Source: Tubulanus polymorphus (lineage: Eukaryota > Animalia > Nemertea). From it: a stretch of 64,000 bases of DNA. Made by a program: the position numbers and the translations under genes. Below the pieces are notes generated by a model. That model had not been told where the DNA came from, did no database searches, and was given only the letters and a program-made list of their open reading frames with translations. The number at the start of each line of letters is the position of its first letter. Within the stretch, counting starts at the first letter, position 1. Location of the stretch: the NCBI RefSeq assembly GCF_964204645.1, contig NC_134035.1, positions 9,952,451-10,016,450 on the forward strand. Direction: 5' to 3'. Shown here piece after piece: positions 1-12,214 of the stretch.

Positions 1-1505
1 AGGACAAATAAGGACCTAAGGGCCTGTTTGGATTCACTTTTCGTTTTTTTTCAAAATCTAATTTCTAAATTCCAGACTTTTTAAAAGACACATTCGAATA
101 GTGAGGGGAGTGGAGCAGTCCACCCAGTCCACTCCCCTAATTCCGCCGACTGGAATATGTTTTACAATGATTCTTATCTATTTTTTCTGCTAGGAATGAA
201 GATCTCGTGGCATTGTAGAACAAAAAGACTGACTTGAGAACATTTTTGTGGGTAAGCGAAACCGCTGTTAGCGGTTTTATACCGAACAGCATTTCAAAAA
301 ACTTGAATACTGTATTCAATGCGATAATATGGTTGGCCCATTTTTTTTCTTTTTTATTACACGTTCATTCCCTGAAGCTATGATCAGCGGTTTCCACTTA
401 AATCGAGTGAGATTAAACATAATGAGATCTGGAAGGCGATCCTTTACTGTGGTTTCATTCACTTATATATTCATTCATCGTGTAAAAATACACGCATACT
501 TATGAACATAATCAGCGCCATTCGCCATACAAGTCTCTGATAATAAGGTGACGAGGTATAGACAACATGATTTGGACATCGATGAAAGAAATTAGTTCTA
601 AAAAAGCCCTCGATATGAAACCATTCATGTTCACAATCGAGAACACGCCACTAACTAGAAAGTTCAAATTAACGATTCTCCGAATTGGCTGGCAATCTTT
701 CAGATTTATACTCATTAGCCGTTTTATTCTTCGCTCTAAATTCCGTACGTACGATTTATTTGAACAAGGAACTCGAGAAAACACGTATCGTTATTGTCGA
801 AGAAAGGCGTTTTTTTCGGTACGCTCCACCTTTGATGGGATTGACCTATAACCCAGTGATTAAACTTCAAAGAATCGAAACACAATTTTCTTTTATCAAA
901 TTATGATTTACGTTTACTTTGAGTTTGTCTCTTTGCGTCTATATTTAAGTACGTACACGGAGGCTTTCATGTAAGATTCTATTCTTTTATAATTTCAGCA
1001 TTTTTCAAGCGAAGCAATAAACTGCGGAGGACTGTGAGGGGCGTACTAACACATCACCGCGCGTTATAGCTAGAATACGGATTCGGAAGAGAATATTTCA
1101 TTTTCCGAAATAAATCCATCATTTTCATTTTCATGTGGATGCCGGGAAATTCCGATTGGCCGAAAAATGAATAAACTTCGCAGAAATGTGGAGATCATTT
1201 TTACTGGAAGAAATCGATTTTTCTTTCGCTTTCGAACAAAACAAGTCGGATATTAGTGAAAAGCAAATAGTTGGGACGGGACTTCCACCACTGTTTCATG
1301 AAGAAGAATGTTTGAGCTTGAAAAAGTTATGTAGATATAAACTATGAAGTTTTTACGTTTGACTTTTTATTAATTTTCGAAAATTCTTTTGGGAAATAGA
1401 CCGCTTCTATTTCCTATCTGGAATAAACATATAGGAAGCGTGACATGGAATGCGTTTATTTGGGTTGATTTCTAGTAGAAACCCCTTTATGTAACAATAT
1501 CGTCG

Positions 1506-1693
<188 letters not shown>

Positions 1694-2221
1694 CATTATA
1701 TGGGTATATTATGTATGTATCATGTATCATTATTGTTAATAAAAAATGGACCATCGAGAGGTTCGTCGTGTCTTATCTTGAAAATACAGAATCATATAAT
1801 CATAAAAATGCAAGAGGAGTGTTCGCTTTAGTCATAAAAGACCCCCGCGCGTCTTAAATTGGTGCCACAAGTTAGGATGTTAGATTAGTGTCCATATGCA
1901 AAACAAAACATGTGGTCTTGGCCGCGGAGGATACGAGCGTCCTACAGATGTGAACAAGATCGGATGTCGTTTGATTTTTTAATTTCATCATGTTTAATAT
2001 CGCTTTTTGTTTGAATAGCTGACGATCGCAAACACGCTCGCGTGTCGTGCCGCGTGTCTATAATTTATAATTTCTACTGATGAAAAGATAAAATGTAGAC
2101 GAATAAGAAATGAAGAATATGATGAATCTTGTTTGATATCATGACATCTTTCGTTGATCATCTTTGACCGTTTCATATTTTCAAAATAGTATAGAAGAAA
2201 TAACAACTAGGTTATGTACTA

Positions 2222-2390
2222 CAGTAGAACCTCGTTGATATAAGAATTTTGTGGGCAAAAGTGAAATTGTCGTGTTTAACGGGTTTCGCATTATCGAAAG
2301 CTTGATTGATATAAATATATTAGCTGGTAAATGCTGGAAATAATCTTAATAAACGGGTTTCGACCTAAACAGAATCGCGTTAACCAGGTG
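2222..2390. mobile_element. Degenerate Tc1/mariner-pogo-type MITE remnant
   Basis: Starts TA|CAGTAGAACCTCGTT. The reverse complement of this end occurs at the right end of the 54617-54790 element. The right end here is poorly conserved. Confidence 0.4.
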
Positions 2391-2762
2391 CAAATGCATA
2401 ATCATCGAACACTTGAACTTCGTCTAACAGTCTAACGGTCTTTGAATTTTGATGGCGGGGATTTTTATTATTCCTTTTTAAATGATCGTTGTATTTCAGA
2501 TGTCGGGTATCACGGGCCAGCTGCATTTGATGTGTTGAACATTATTTTTTTTTGCTACGAAGATCAATTTTTCTCATTTGAGTAGTCACGCAAAATCTAA
2601 CGGCGAAATATAATGCTCGTCAAATATCACTCCTTTTGTCCGCATATGTTTTGTTTCTGCGGAGAAATCGATCATCGTTTTTACGCGATTACGTGATGAT
2701 AAAACCATGATTTGTCTCATTAATCTCCGAACCGATCAGGCGAACTCATTCGATTCAGAAGA

Positions 2763-4327
2763 ATGGCCGCGTCGTTTTTACTGAGCTCTCTGACCATCGT
2801 CTTGTGCACGTTTTATTTCGCGAATGGATACGTTTACATTTTAGACAAAAGTAAGTAGTTTCAAATTTAAGATTTGATAAAATGCGTAAACTTATCACGA
2901 TTGAAGATATTCGTTCGGAAATCATTGTGCCGTATAGATTTTCAATAGGAAAGCGATGATCTCATTGCGTAGCTTTAATGCGATTTCTAGTTATCCATAC
3001 ACTAAGAGACGCCTGATAGAACCCTATTTGAGGGCCGGGGCATCTCTGTCTCAATGCTTCCTATATAGGCTAGCGTCGTATCATGAACATAAATCCGTGT
3101 TCCTGTGTACTATACAAATTAACTTGGCATCAAATAGAAACACGATCAGTCAATGAGGTATTATTCAATTGCCAAATCGTTTGATTAGGCAATTAATAAA
3201 TGATACCTTTGTTCTGCTAATCTACCGCGTCATTTTATGAATCGCGATATGAATTTGTGATCAGTTCATTTCTATAGCTGCCGGGTCTGTTATTGTTAGC
3301 TTTAATATTTTAGAAGAAGGTAATGTACGCAGGGTAGATAGGTGGCCGGCCGGGTCAACTTTAAGCTCAGCTGAAATGAGAAACAAGGTATCAATGTTTC
3401 TAGCCTAAGACTAAAAAACGTATATTCTATTTGCATTTTTGTAGAGGGTTGCAAATCCATTTTCCCGGATGAAACGCACCGAAAACGAAATGAATACAGT
3501 AGGTTTGTCAACGAGAATTGTGAAGATTGTACCTGTGAGCTAGATAGAAAATCCGGTCAATGCGCTGGGTAAGTTTCTTCTTGCTTTTCTACAAACTCAG
3601 ATATCAGTCGCTTGTCGGTTTAGTCTAGTTAGTTGGAAGATTGCGTTTACACGAACCGGAACAAACGTGATTTCAATTTATGTACCGCTACTTCAATAAA
3701 GGAAAAAGTGTATATATGTTAAATGTATATATGTATATATATTACTTCAAAATCACTGGATTTATTTCAAAATCAAACCCCTGCTTGGTTCTCGGCAGGT
3801 GTAGTGTGTTTGTACGGGACAGAATTAATCAATGAATCATGCGAGGAATAATTTCTTATTTCAACATCAAAACGTTCCCTGCACCCTGACCATTATTGTC
3901 TTCCATCTTCGCATTTTAAAATATGACGAATCCTTTTACAAAATCAACCGTGAAGATAGCGACACTCAGGAATGCGCATACCACTGAGAGAGATGCGATT
4001 CACAATCGAGTGTATTCTAACGGTTAATCATTTGAATCGATTCTATTTAGATGTTCCGCCTTCGCAATGGACATGGGCCATCCGTGCCTCGTCGCAGCAA
4101 CACTTAAGAAAAACCAGAAGAATCACTGCCACAAGGTCGACTCGTTCGTCATCAAAGAATCTTACGAATCGTGTTGTCAACCGCAGGTCGTCTGCAAGAA
4201 AAGCGGCAAATACAGAAAATATTTCGACGAGAAATCGTACGGAAAAGATAGTTCGAGATTGGAAAGTGCGAAGCGAATGTGCCAAGAATTCATATCCATG
4301 TCAAAAAAGCACAAGAAACACGACTAG
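2763..4327 (+). CDS. Secreted cysteine-rich protein, 162 aa, single-domain VWC / beta-microseminoprotein-like
   Basis: Exons 2763-2850, 3445-3568, 4051-4327 have GT-AG junctions and matching phases (1, 2), totalling 489 nt. Signal peptide MAASFLLSSLTIVLCTFYFANG. The mature part has 12 Cys, including NCEDCTC and YESCCQPQVVC. The family label comes from Cys spacing only. Confidence 0.8.
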
Positions 4328-4691
4328 TCGTGGTTGAAATATAAGCGTTAAATCGTCAGTTTTGCAACTTTCGATTGAAATTCCAATGAAATTTTGTCGT
4401 CGTTGTTCAATCATTTATCGTAATATTCATTCCGTTACGTTATGAGAGAGGGTGGTGAGAGTAGAATAGCGCGTACTACCGTCGATAGAACAGATGCATA
4501 AATACGGCAGTGCAAACCCTCTTTGCCTCTACACACAAAATTTCTTCAAAACTCGTTTATGATTATGCGTGAGTTGCACTATTAGGGTTGAAACTGATTC
4601 CGATCGTTAATGGCTATTTTTGCTATTTTTGCCTGATTTCCACAACAATCTCTCAGGAGATATCATTGAACGAGCAACAGTTGGTTTCGTG

Positions 4692-4733
4692 CAGTCTGCA
4701 CAGATTGGGACTCCTCCGATAATTTACAAAACG
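4692..4733 (+). promoter_or_regulatory. Putative non-coding leader exon of FMO copy 1; equivalents end at 8748, 11896, 15006, 21723 and 25470
   Basis: A conserved GTGCAGTCT...AAACG|GTAAG donor motif lies upstream of all six FMO copies. A pyrimidine-rich acceptor lies about 20 nt before each ATG. Confidence 0.6.
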
Positions 4734-5265
4734 GTAAGACAATTGAACGTACACACACTTTTCATATACAAGTTATAGATTCATCGACATCACTCACGAA
4801 TACTGATTTGAGAAGAATGCATGTAATGCTATGACATGATTGAGGGTTTGCAGTGAATCTGCTCTGTTCCTGATTACGATATGTAATGCCTAAATGCAAG
4901 ATTTCCAATAATTTTTGATAGCACATCTGCATGATGTGCAAGAACTAGTTTCTAGGCTTATATTAGGCCTAACCCATCAGAAATCCAATATTTTTTTCTG
5001 CCGACTTTTGTCGCCACTTCAAAATCGTTTTTGGCAGAATTTAGGGGAGCTGGATTGTGTTCCGAGTATTCAAAAGGAGGGGCTTCAATGCGATAACCTA
5101 CATTTGCTTGTTCCTATAAGCGTTGATATAAGTACAAGAAAACTAGTTTTTATCGAAGTCTAGCAATTACAACGGCTATTCGCGCTTCAATCCATTGCGT
5201 GTTCGACAAAGGGTTCTTTTGAATCGTATGTTTCCATTCTATACAGACAGTCGTATTACAGTAAT

Positions 5266-7628
5266 ATGAGCTCCTCGAAGAAACGAGTTTGCGTCATCGG
5301 CGCTGGACCTTCTGGAATGAGTTTTCTGTGCCATTTGGAGAAACCTCGTCTTGAAGGAGTCGATGTACCCGATGTAGTTTGCATTGAGAAACAAAGTAAC
5401 TGGGGTGGATTGTGGAACACTACCACTTGGAGAACAGGTCGGTGAATTATCTTGATGATGAATTATAATATTGTTCAACAGAATGCATGAATTAACACAA
5501 TGACTGGAGGTATGATCTATCTATCAGGTCTCGATGAGAACGGTGAAAACGTCCACAGTCCGATGTACAAGCAGCTTATCACAAACAGCCCAAAAGAAGT
5601 TTCGTGTGAATTTCACGATTACTCATTCGAAGAACATTTCGGTAAACCAGTTCCATCATTCGTACCCAGGGAATTAATGTTCGACTATTTGAACGGTAAG
5701 AAGATATTGCAGATATTCGGCTTGTTTTCCAATTATACAGCCTAACTATCAGAATAGAATAGTCAGCTGATTAGCTTCTGGGTTTATTACGTCAACTGAT
5801 TTTCCAATTAATACCTATTGGTTTTCATTAAGTCACTAATTAGATGCAGTTCTTTTCAATAAAATTCAAGTACATCCTATTTATCTTTGTGTACATTAAA
5901 TATATGAAATACATTTTGTATGAATTATTTATATATGGACCTTCATGATATGAAGCAAATAGATAAATGAATCAATACATTACAGAACTTTCTATTGTAG
6001 GTCGATGGAGCATGAAAAACGTGCGTCGTTTCATCAAATTTGAAACAGTTGCTCACACGGTTACATACAATCCGAACTCAGATGATTTTACGGTTGTGAT
6101 GAGAGATGTGTCCAATGATTTATTGTTACCCGCTCAAACATTCGACTTCGTCATCAACGCCACCGGTCATTTTTCATATCCAAATATACCTCATTACGAA
6201 GGATTCGAAACTTTCCCTGGTAAAGCTATACCATTGTTTGCTTACTTCAATTTCTTCAGTTATATACTAGAGATTTACCCATCCTCTAGGCGAATAGTGG
6301 TATCAATACACGAGAAATTGAAGCAAATGAAGCTGTGATAACGAGGATTGGCACTGTCTACTAAACGCTTGTTACAACATCGCATTGGGTAGTCTTACAA
6401 CCGACTCATGTGCGGCAGCGAACCCAAAGCTTTAAAAATCATTTCTACCAAACAAAGCTTAGATGCCGTTCAAACCTACAATTGGACCATTCAGAGTTTC
6501 AACGTTAAATGTTTTGAGTCGCTTGTAAAGTATATCCGCGGTGGCACCGGCGACCAATAAATGTTTTCAGTGTATATATGTTGTACATTGCAGCGACAAC
6601 TCACCTGCGTTTCACCATATTTTCATTAGGTCGCATTATACACACAGTTGAAATGCGTGATATGACACACTTCAAGGACCAAAACGTCCTCATAGTCGGA
6701 AACAGTCGATCGGCTGTTGACACTTCTCTGCAGTTGTACAAGTACGGAGCAAACAGTATTATCATTTCCTATCGTCATTACAAAAAAGATCTGATATTGC
6801 CTGAAAATATTACTACAAGACCAATTCGGACTAAAGTCGTCGGGAAAACTGTTCATTTCAAAGATGGAACAACCGCTGATGTAGGTGTTATGTCTAACTG
6901 TCTCGATGCGAGTTATAATGTATGATTCTCAAAATCTAAATGCATTCGATCCTGGCTAAATTCATTTTCTTGTAGGTCGACACGATTATTCTAGCAACTG
7001 GGTACAAACACCACTACCCTTATATGGATAATGATCTGAAATTAAAAAGCGCAAATCTGTATTATCCTGATAATTTGTACAAGGGTATTTTGTGGATGAA
7101 AAGTGCCAATAATAGGCTGTTCTATATCGGTGCCCAAGATCAGATGTACACATTTACGATGTTCGACGCCCAAGCATTGTGGGCTCTACGAGTTATCATT
7201 GGCGACGTCAAATTACCTTCACGCGAAGCCATGCAAGCGGACATTAAATATTGGCGAGACAGGTTAATTTATCGCTGCATCTTCTGATATTTGAATGATT
7301 AGTTTTTGGATGATAATGTTTTTTCCTTGGTTTGTTATGTTGCAGAATGGAAGCGGGATTGTCACCGCCGAACTGTACATTTTACAGCATTCTCGAGTTC
7401 CAAACGGAATACACACTTGATGTAGCAGATGAAGCTAAATACGGCTATAATCTGGACGGCAGGGGAATTATGTTGAAATATCTACCACATTTGCTAGAAA
7501 AGCCATTCACTGACTCGAAGGACTTTCAGGCCCGTAGCAATGTAACTGGGAGAATAGCACCTCCACATCACACTCATTTCTTACAGAACTTCGATCTATC
7601 ATTGCAATCATACCTTAATTCTAAATAA
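5266..7628 (+). CDS. Flavin-containing monooxygenase, bacterial trimethylamine monooxygenase (Tmm/mFMO)-like, copy 1, 459 aa
   Basis: Exons 5266-5437, 5528-5695, 6001-6219, 6630-6880, 6976-7262, 7346-7628 give 1380 nt, all GT-AG and in phase. Motifs: GAGPSG FAD site, [30 protein letters not shown] fingerprint, [20 protein letters not shown]. Confidence 0.95.
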
Positions 7629-8097
7629 CAAAATGTACGTACGTATCTAAAAATAGTGAGAGTTACCCTTCTTTTCAGTATGAATGAATTAGTTTTTATG
7701 TAGTAGAAGTAGATTACGGTTAGTGGATATTTCTCGTTGCTGTATCGTGGTCTGTAAGTAAATCCTTTTCAGTTTAATCATCGCGTTTTTCATATTTCAT
7801 AAGTTATGATATAATGGACGCTGCGCGTCGGCGAATGGTGTAGAAACAGACATGAATTTACGGCTAATAAACAAACGATGAAGTCGAGTTTACAGTGTCA
7901 ACCGGCGACGATACCAGTCTGATAAATCCTTGATCTATGAAATTGGTCCGAAATGAAAAAATGTACAAACTGATAAAAAAGTAGATGAATACTATATAAC
8001 GCAGTACAAGGATCGCAATCTATCGCATACCCCTGAGAGATGCGATTCACAATCGACTGTATTTCAACGGTTAATCATTTGAATCGATTCTATTTAG

Positions 8098-8374
8098 ATG
8101 TCCCGCCTTCGCAATGGACATGGACCATCCGTGTAACGTCGCAGCAACACTTAAGAAAAACCAGAAGAATCACTGTCACATGGTCGACTCGTTCATCATC
8201 AAAGAATCTTACCAATCGTGTTGTCAACCGCAGGTCGTCTGCAAGAAAAGCGGCAAATACAGAAACTATTTCGACGAGAAATCGTACGGAAAAGATAGTT
8301 CGAGATTGGAATGTGCCAAGCGGAATTCACATCCATGTCAAAAAAGCACAAGAAACACGACTAGTCGTGGTTGA
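8098..8374 (+). pseudogene. Orphan duplicate of exon 3 of the secreted Cys-rich gene, with a net 10-nt deletion (frameshift) near the 3' end
   Basis: Homology to 3974-4800 starts at about 8024. The acceptor TTCTATTTAG is intact. No copies of exons 1-2 lie upstream. Confidence 0.75.
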
Positions 8375-9012
8375 AATATAAGCGTTAAATCGTCAGTTTT
8401 GCAACTTTCGATTGAAATTCAAATCTAATTTTGTCATCGTTGTTCAATCATTTATTATAATATTCGTTCCGTTACATTAGGAGAGAGGGTGGTAAGAATA
8501 GAATAGCGCCTTGATAACCGATAAATAGACTAATAGATACATAAGTACGGCTGTACAAACACTCTTTGCCTACAGACAGATTTCTGCAAAGTTCGTTTGT
8601 TACTTTGCGTGTCTTATGAAACTGATGCCGATCGTTTAAAGCTAGTTTTACCATTTTTGCCTGATTTCCACAACAAATGATTGAACGAGTAACAGTTGAT
8701 TTCGTGCAGTCTGCACAGATTGGGACTCCTCCGATAATTTCCAAAACGGTAAGACATTTGTATGAAATTACCTTACACACTTTCCATACAAAATTGTAGA
8801 TTCGGCCTCGCAATCATGAATGCGATAACCTACATTTGCTTGTTCCTATAAGTGTTGATATGAGTACAAGAACTAGTTTTTATCGAGGCTTAGATCACGA
8901 ATCCTATCACGAATAATATCTACGGCTATTCGCGCTTCAATCCAATGCGTGTTCATCATAGAGTTCTTTTGAATCGGTTTCCATCCTTTAGAGACAGTCC
9001 TTTTGCAGTATT

Positions 9013-11125
9013 ATGAGCTCCTCGAAGAAACGAGTTTGCGTCATCGGCGCTGGACCTTCTGGAATGAGTTTTCTGTGTCATTTGGAGAAACTTCGTCGTC
9101 TTGAAGGAGTCGATGTACCCGATGTAGTTTGCATTGAGAAACAAAGTAACTGGGGTGGATTGTGGAACACTACCACTTGGAGAACAGGTCCGTGAATTAT
9201 CTTTTCGATATCCTTTTTGGTCGAATACGTACCTCTTACATAGAGGAACTAGTTCTAAAATATTGCAGAGTCTCCTTCCATATTTGAGAGCAGGAAGTTG
9301 TCCCCTGATTATTGTTTAATTCAGATAAAATAACCTGAGTGACTTGCGTAAACTATTTTATCGATCTGCTTTTTATCAGGTCTTGATGAGAATGGTGAAA
9401 ATGTCCACAGTCCGATGTACAAACAGCTTATAACAAACATTCCGAAAGAATGTACATGTGAATTCCATGATTATTCATTTGAAGGACATTTCGGTAAACC
9501 AGTTCCATCATTCGTACCCAGGGAATTGATGTTCGACTATTTGAACGGTGAGAAAATGGTTGAATATCGGTTTACCATCTAAGTATAATCAGTTGATAAT
9601 CTACTTCGTGAATAGTCTGAAAGAAAATGAAAGATTGGAAGCAAATTCACTGGTAAAAATTACCGATAGGATTGGATTAGTTAAAAAAGAATCGGGACCG
9701 ACTTTTCTGAAAATAAATATCTTTATATCGCGTTTCCTTCTCAAAAAAGTATTTTCCTATAAGAAAATTGTTCAATATTATACTGTAGATTATACGTGAG
9801 TATGTCTATAATGTATATATGTTTAATTGTAGGTCGATGGAGCATGAAAAACGTGCGTCGTTTCATTAAATTTGAAACGGTAGCTCACACGGTTACATAC
9901 AATCCGAACTCAGATGATTTTACGGTTGTGATGAGAGATGTGTCCAATGATTTATTGTTACGCGTTCAAACATTTGATTTCGTCATCAACGCGACCGGTC
10001 ATTATTCATATCCAAATATACCTCATTACGAAGGATTTGAAACTTTCCCTGGTAAAGCTACCATTATTCGCTTACTTCAATTATTTCAGTTGTTTGAAGC
10101 GATACCTGCTGAGAGATGATTTTTATCGTCTTTTTATTAGGTCGTATTCTACACACAGTTGAAATGCGTGATATGACACACTTTAAAGGCCAAAACGTCC
10201 TTATTATTGGAGGCAGTGCATCGGCAGATGACACTTCTCTGCAGCTGCACAAGTACGGAGCGAATAGTATCATCATTTCCTATCGTCATTACAAACAAGA
10301 ACTGATAGTACCTGAAAATATTACTACAAAACCTATTCTGACTAAAGTCATTGGGAAAACTGTTCATTTCAAAGATGGAACGACCGCTGATGTAGGTGTG
10401 ATGTCTAACTCTCTCGAGTTATAATGTATGATTCTGTCAATCTAAATGTATTCAATATAGACTAAATTCCTTTTCAGGTCGACACGATCATTCTAGCAAC
10501 TGGCTACAAACACCATTACCCTTATATGGACAACGATCTGAAATTGAAAAGCGCAAATCTGTTTTATCCTGATAATTTGTACAAGGGTATTTTGTGGATG
10601 AAAAGTGCCAATAATAGGCTGTTCTATATCGGTGCCCAAGATCAGATGTACACATTTACGATGTTCGACGCCCAAGCTTTGTGGGCTCTACGAGTTATCA
10701 GTGGTGACGTCAAATTACCTTCACGCGAAGCCATGCAAGCGGACATTAAACATTGGCGAGATAGGTAAATTTTCGGTGCATCTACGATTTGAATGATTAG
10801 TTTTGGATGACAACGTTTTTTCCTCGGTTTGTTATATTGCAGAATGGAAGCGGAATTGTCACCGCCGAAATGTTCATTATACAACGTCCTTGAATTCCAA
10901 ACGGAATATATACTTGATGTAGCAGATGAAGCTAAATACGGCTATAATCTGGACGGCCGAGAAATGTTATTGAAATATCTACCACATTTGCTAGAAAAGC
11001 CATACACTGACTCGAAGGACTTCCAGGCCCGTAGTATTGTAACTGGGAAAATAACACCCCCCCATCACACTCATTTCTTACAGAACTTCGACCTATCGTT
11101 GCAATCATACCTCAATTCTAAATAA
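9013..11125 (+). CDS. Tmm/mFMO-like flavin monooxygenase, copy 2, 460 aa
   Basis: Exons 9013-9187, 9380-9547, 9833-10051, 10141-10391, 10478-10764, 10843-11125. One extra Arg codon in exon 1. Reading frame intact. Confidence 0.95.
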
Positions 11126-12214
11126 CAAAAACATCCAGAAATACATAGTCGGAGTGACCCTTCTTAGTATCGATCGGTTAGATTTTATCGCGAAGTAGAT
11201 TACATGATGAAATATGATCGATATTATCATTTACAAATAAATTATTCAGTTTATCTCTTGCGTTTCTCATATTCAATGCGTTGTGACATAATGGATGCTG
11301 CTTAGAAATAGTTAGAGTTACTTCTTTTCAGTATGGATGAATTCGTTTTTTATGTAGAAGTAGATTACGGGTTGTTAGTTGATATTTTTTGTTACTGTAT
11401 CGTGGTCTGTAAATAGATCATATTCAGTTATTTCATGCATTTTTCATATTTCATCATAAGTCATAAATTAAATATAATGGATGCTGCTGCTTGTTGGTGA
11501 ATGAGAAACAGACACGAATTTATGGCTAATAAACAAACGATGATGTCGAGTTTATTGCGTCTACCGGTGACGATACAAGTAAGATAAGTTCTTGATCTAT
11601 GAAATTGCACCGAAATAAAATAATGTACATACTGATAAAACGTAGATAAATACTATATAGGGCAGTGCAAGGATTGGAATCTATCTAAAAAATTGGCATG
11701 TAATAAAACCAGACAGATTTCCTCGAAGCTCAATTCACGCATTCTATGGTGAGGGCAGTACTATTCTTTCGAAATTGATATAAATCAACTTTTTGTCAAC
11801 CTATTTTTGCTCATTTTATGCCTAGTTTATATGACATAATATAGCACCGAATCGTGTTCGTGCAGTCTACAGGAGATCTCTGATACTTTCCAAACGGTAA
11901 GAGAATTGAAGCAAGCTTACTTTAATTTTTCAGTAAAAATTAAACTTTGTATATGTGAACCCAATTTTGACCGAAGGCCTTTTTTCAATTGGAGTACGGA
12001 CCTTTGGAGAAAAAAATGGAGAAGGGAATGAATTGAAAAATCTGAAGAAAAAAAATCCTATTGTAGGTTTTGAAATTGGAAGGGAAAAAGGGGAAAATAA
12101 GGAGATTTTTTTCCTGCTTTCGAGGTTTTCGTGCTTCAATCCATTACGTGTTCGTCAAAGGGTTCTTTTGAATCGTATGTTTCCATTCTATAGAGACAGT
12201 CGTATTACAGTAAT

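Noticed and set aside
3972-4337. 121-aa Arg/Ser/Thr-rich ORF and its copy at 8040-8381
   Set aside because: Alternative frame over exon 3 of the secreted Cys-rich gene. The splice phase supports the Cys-containing frame.
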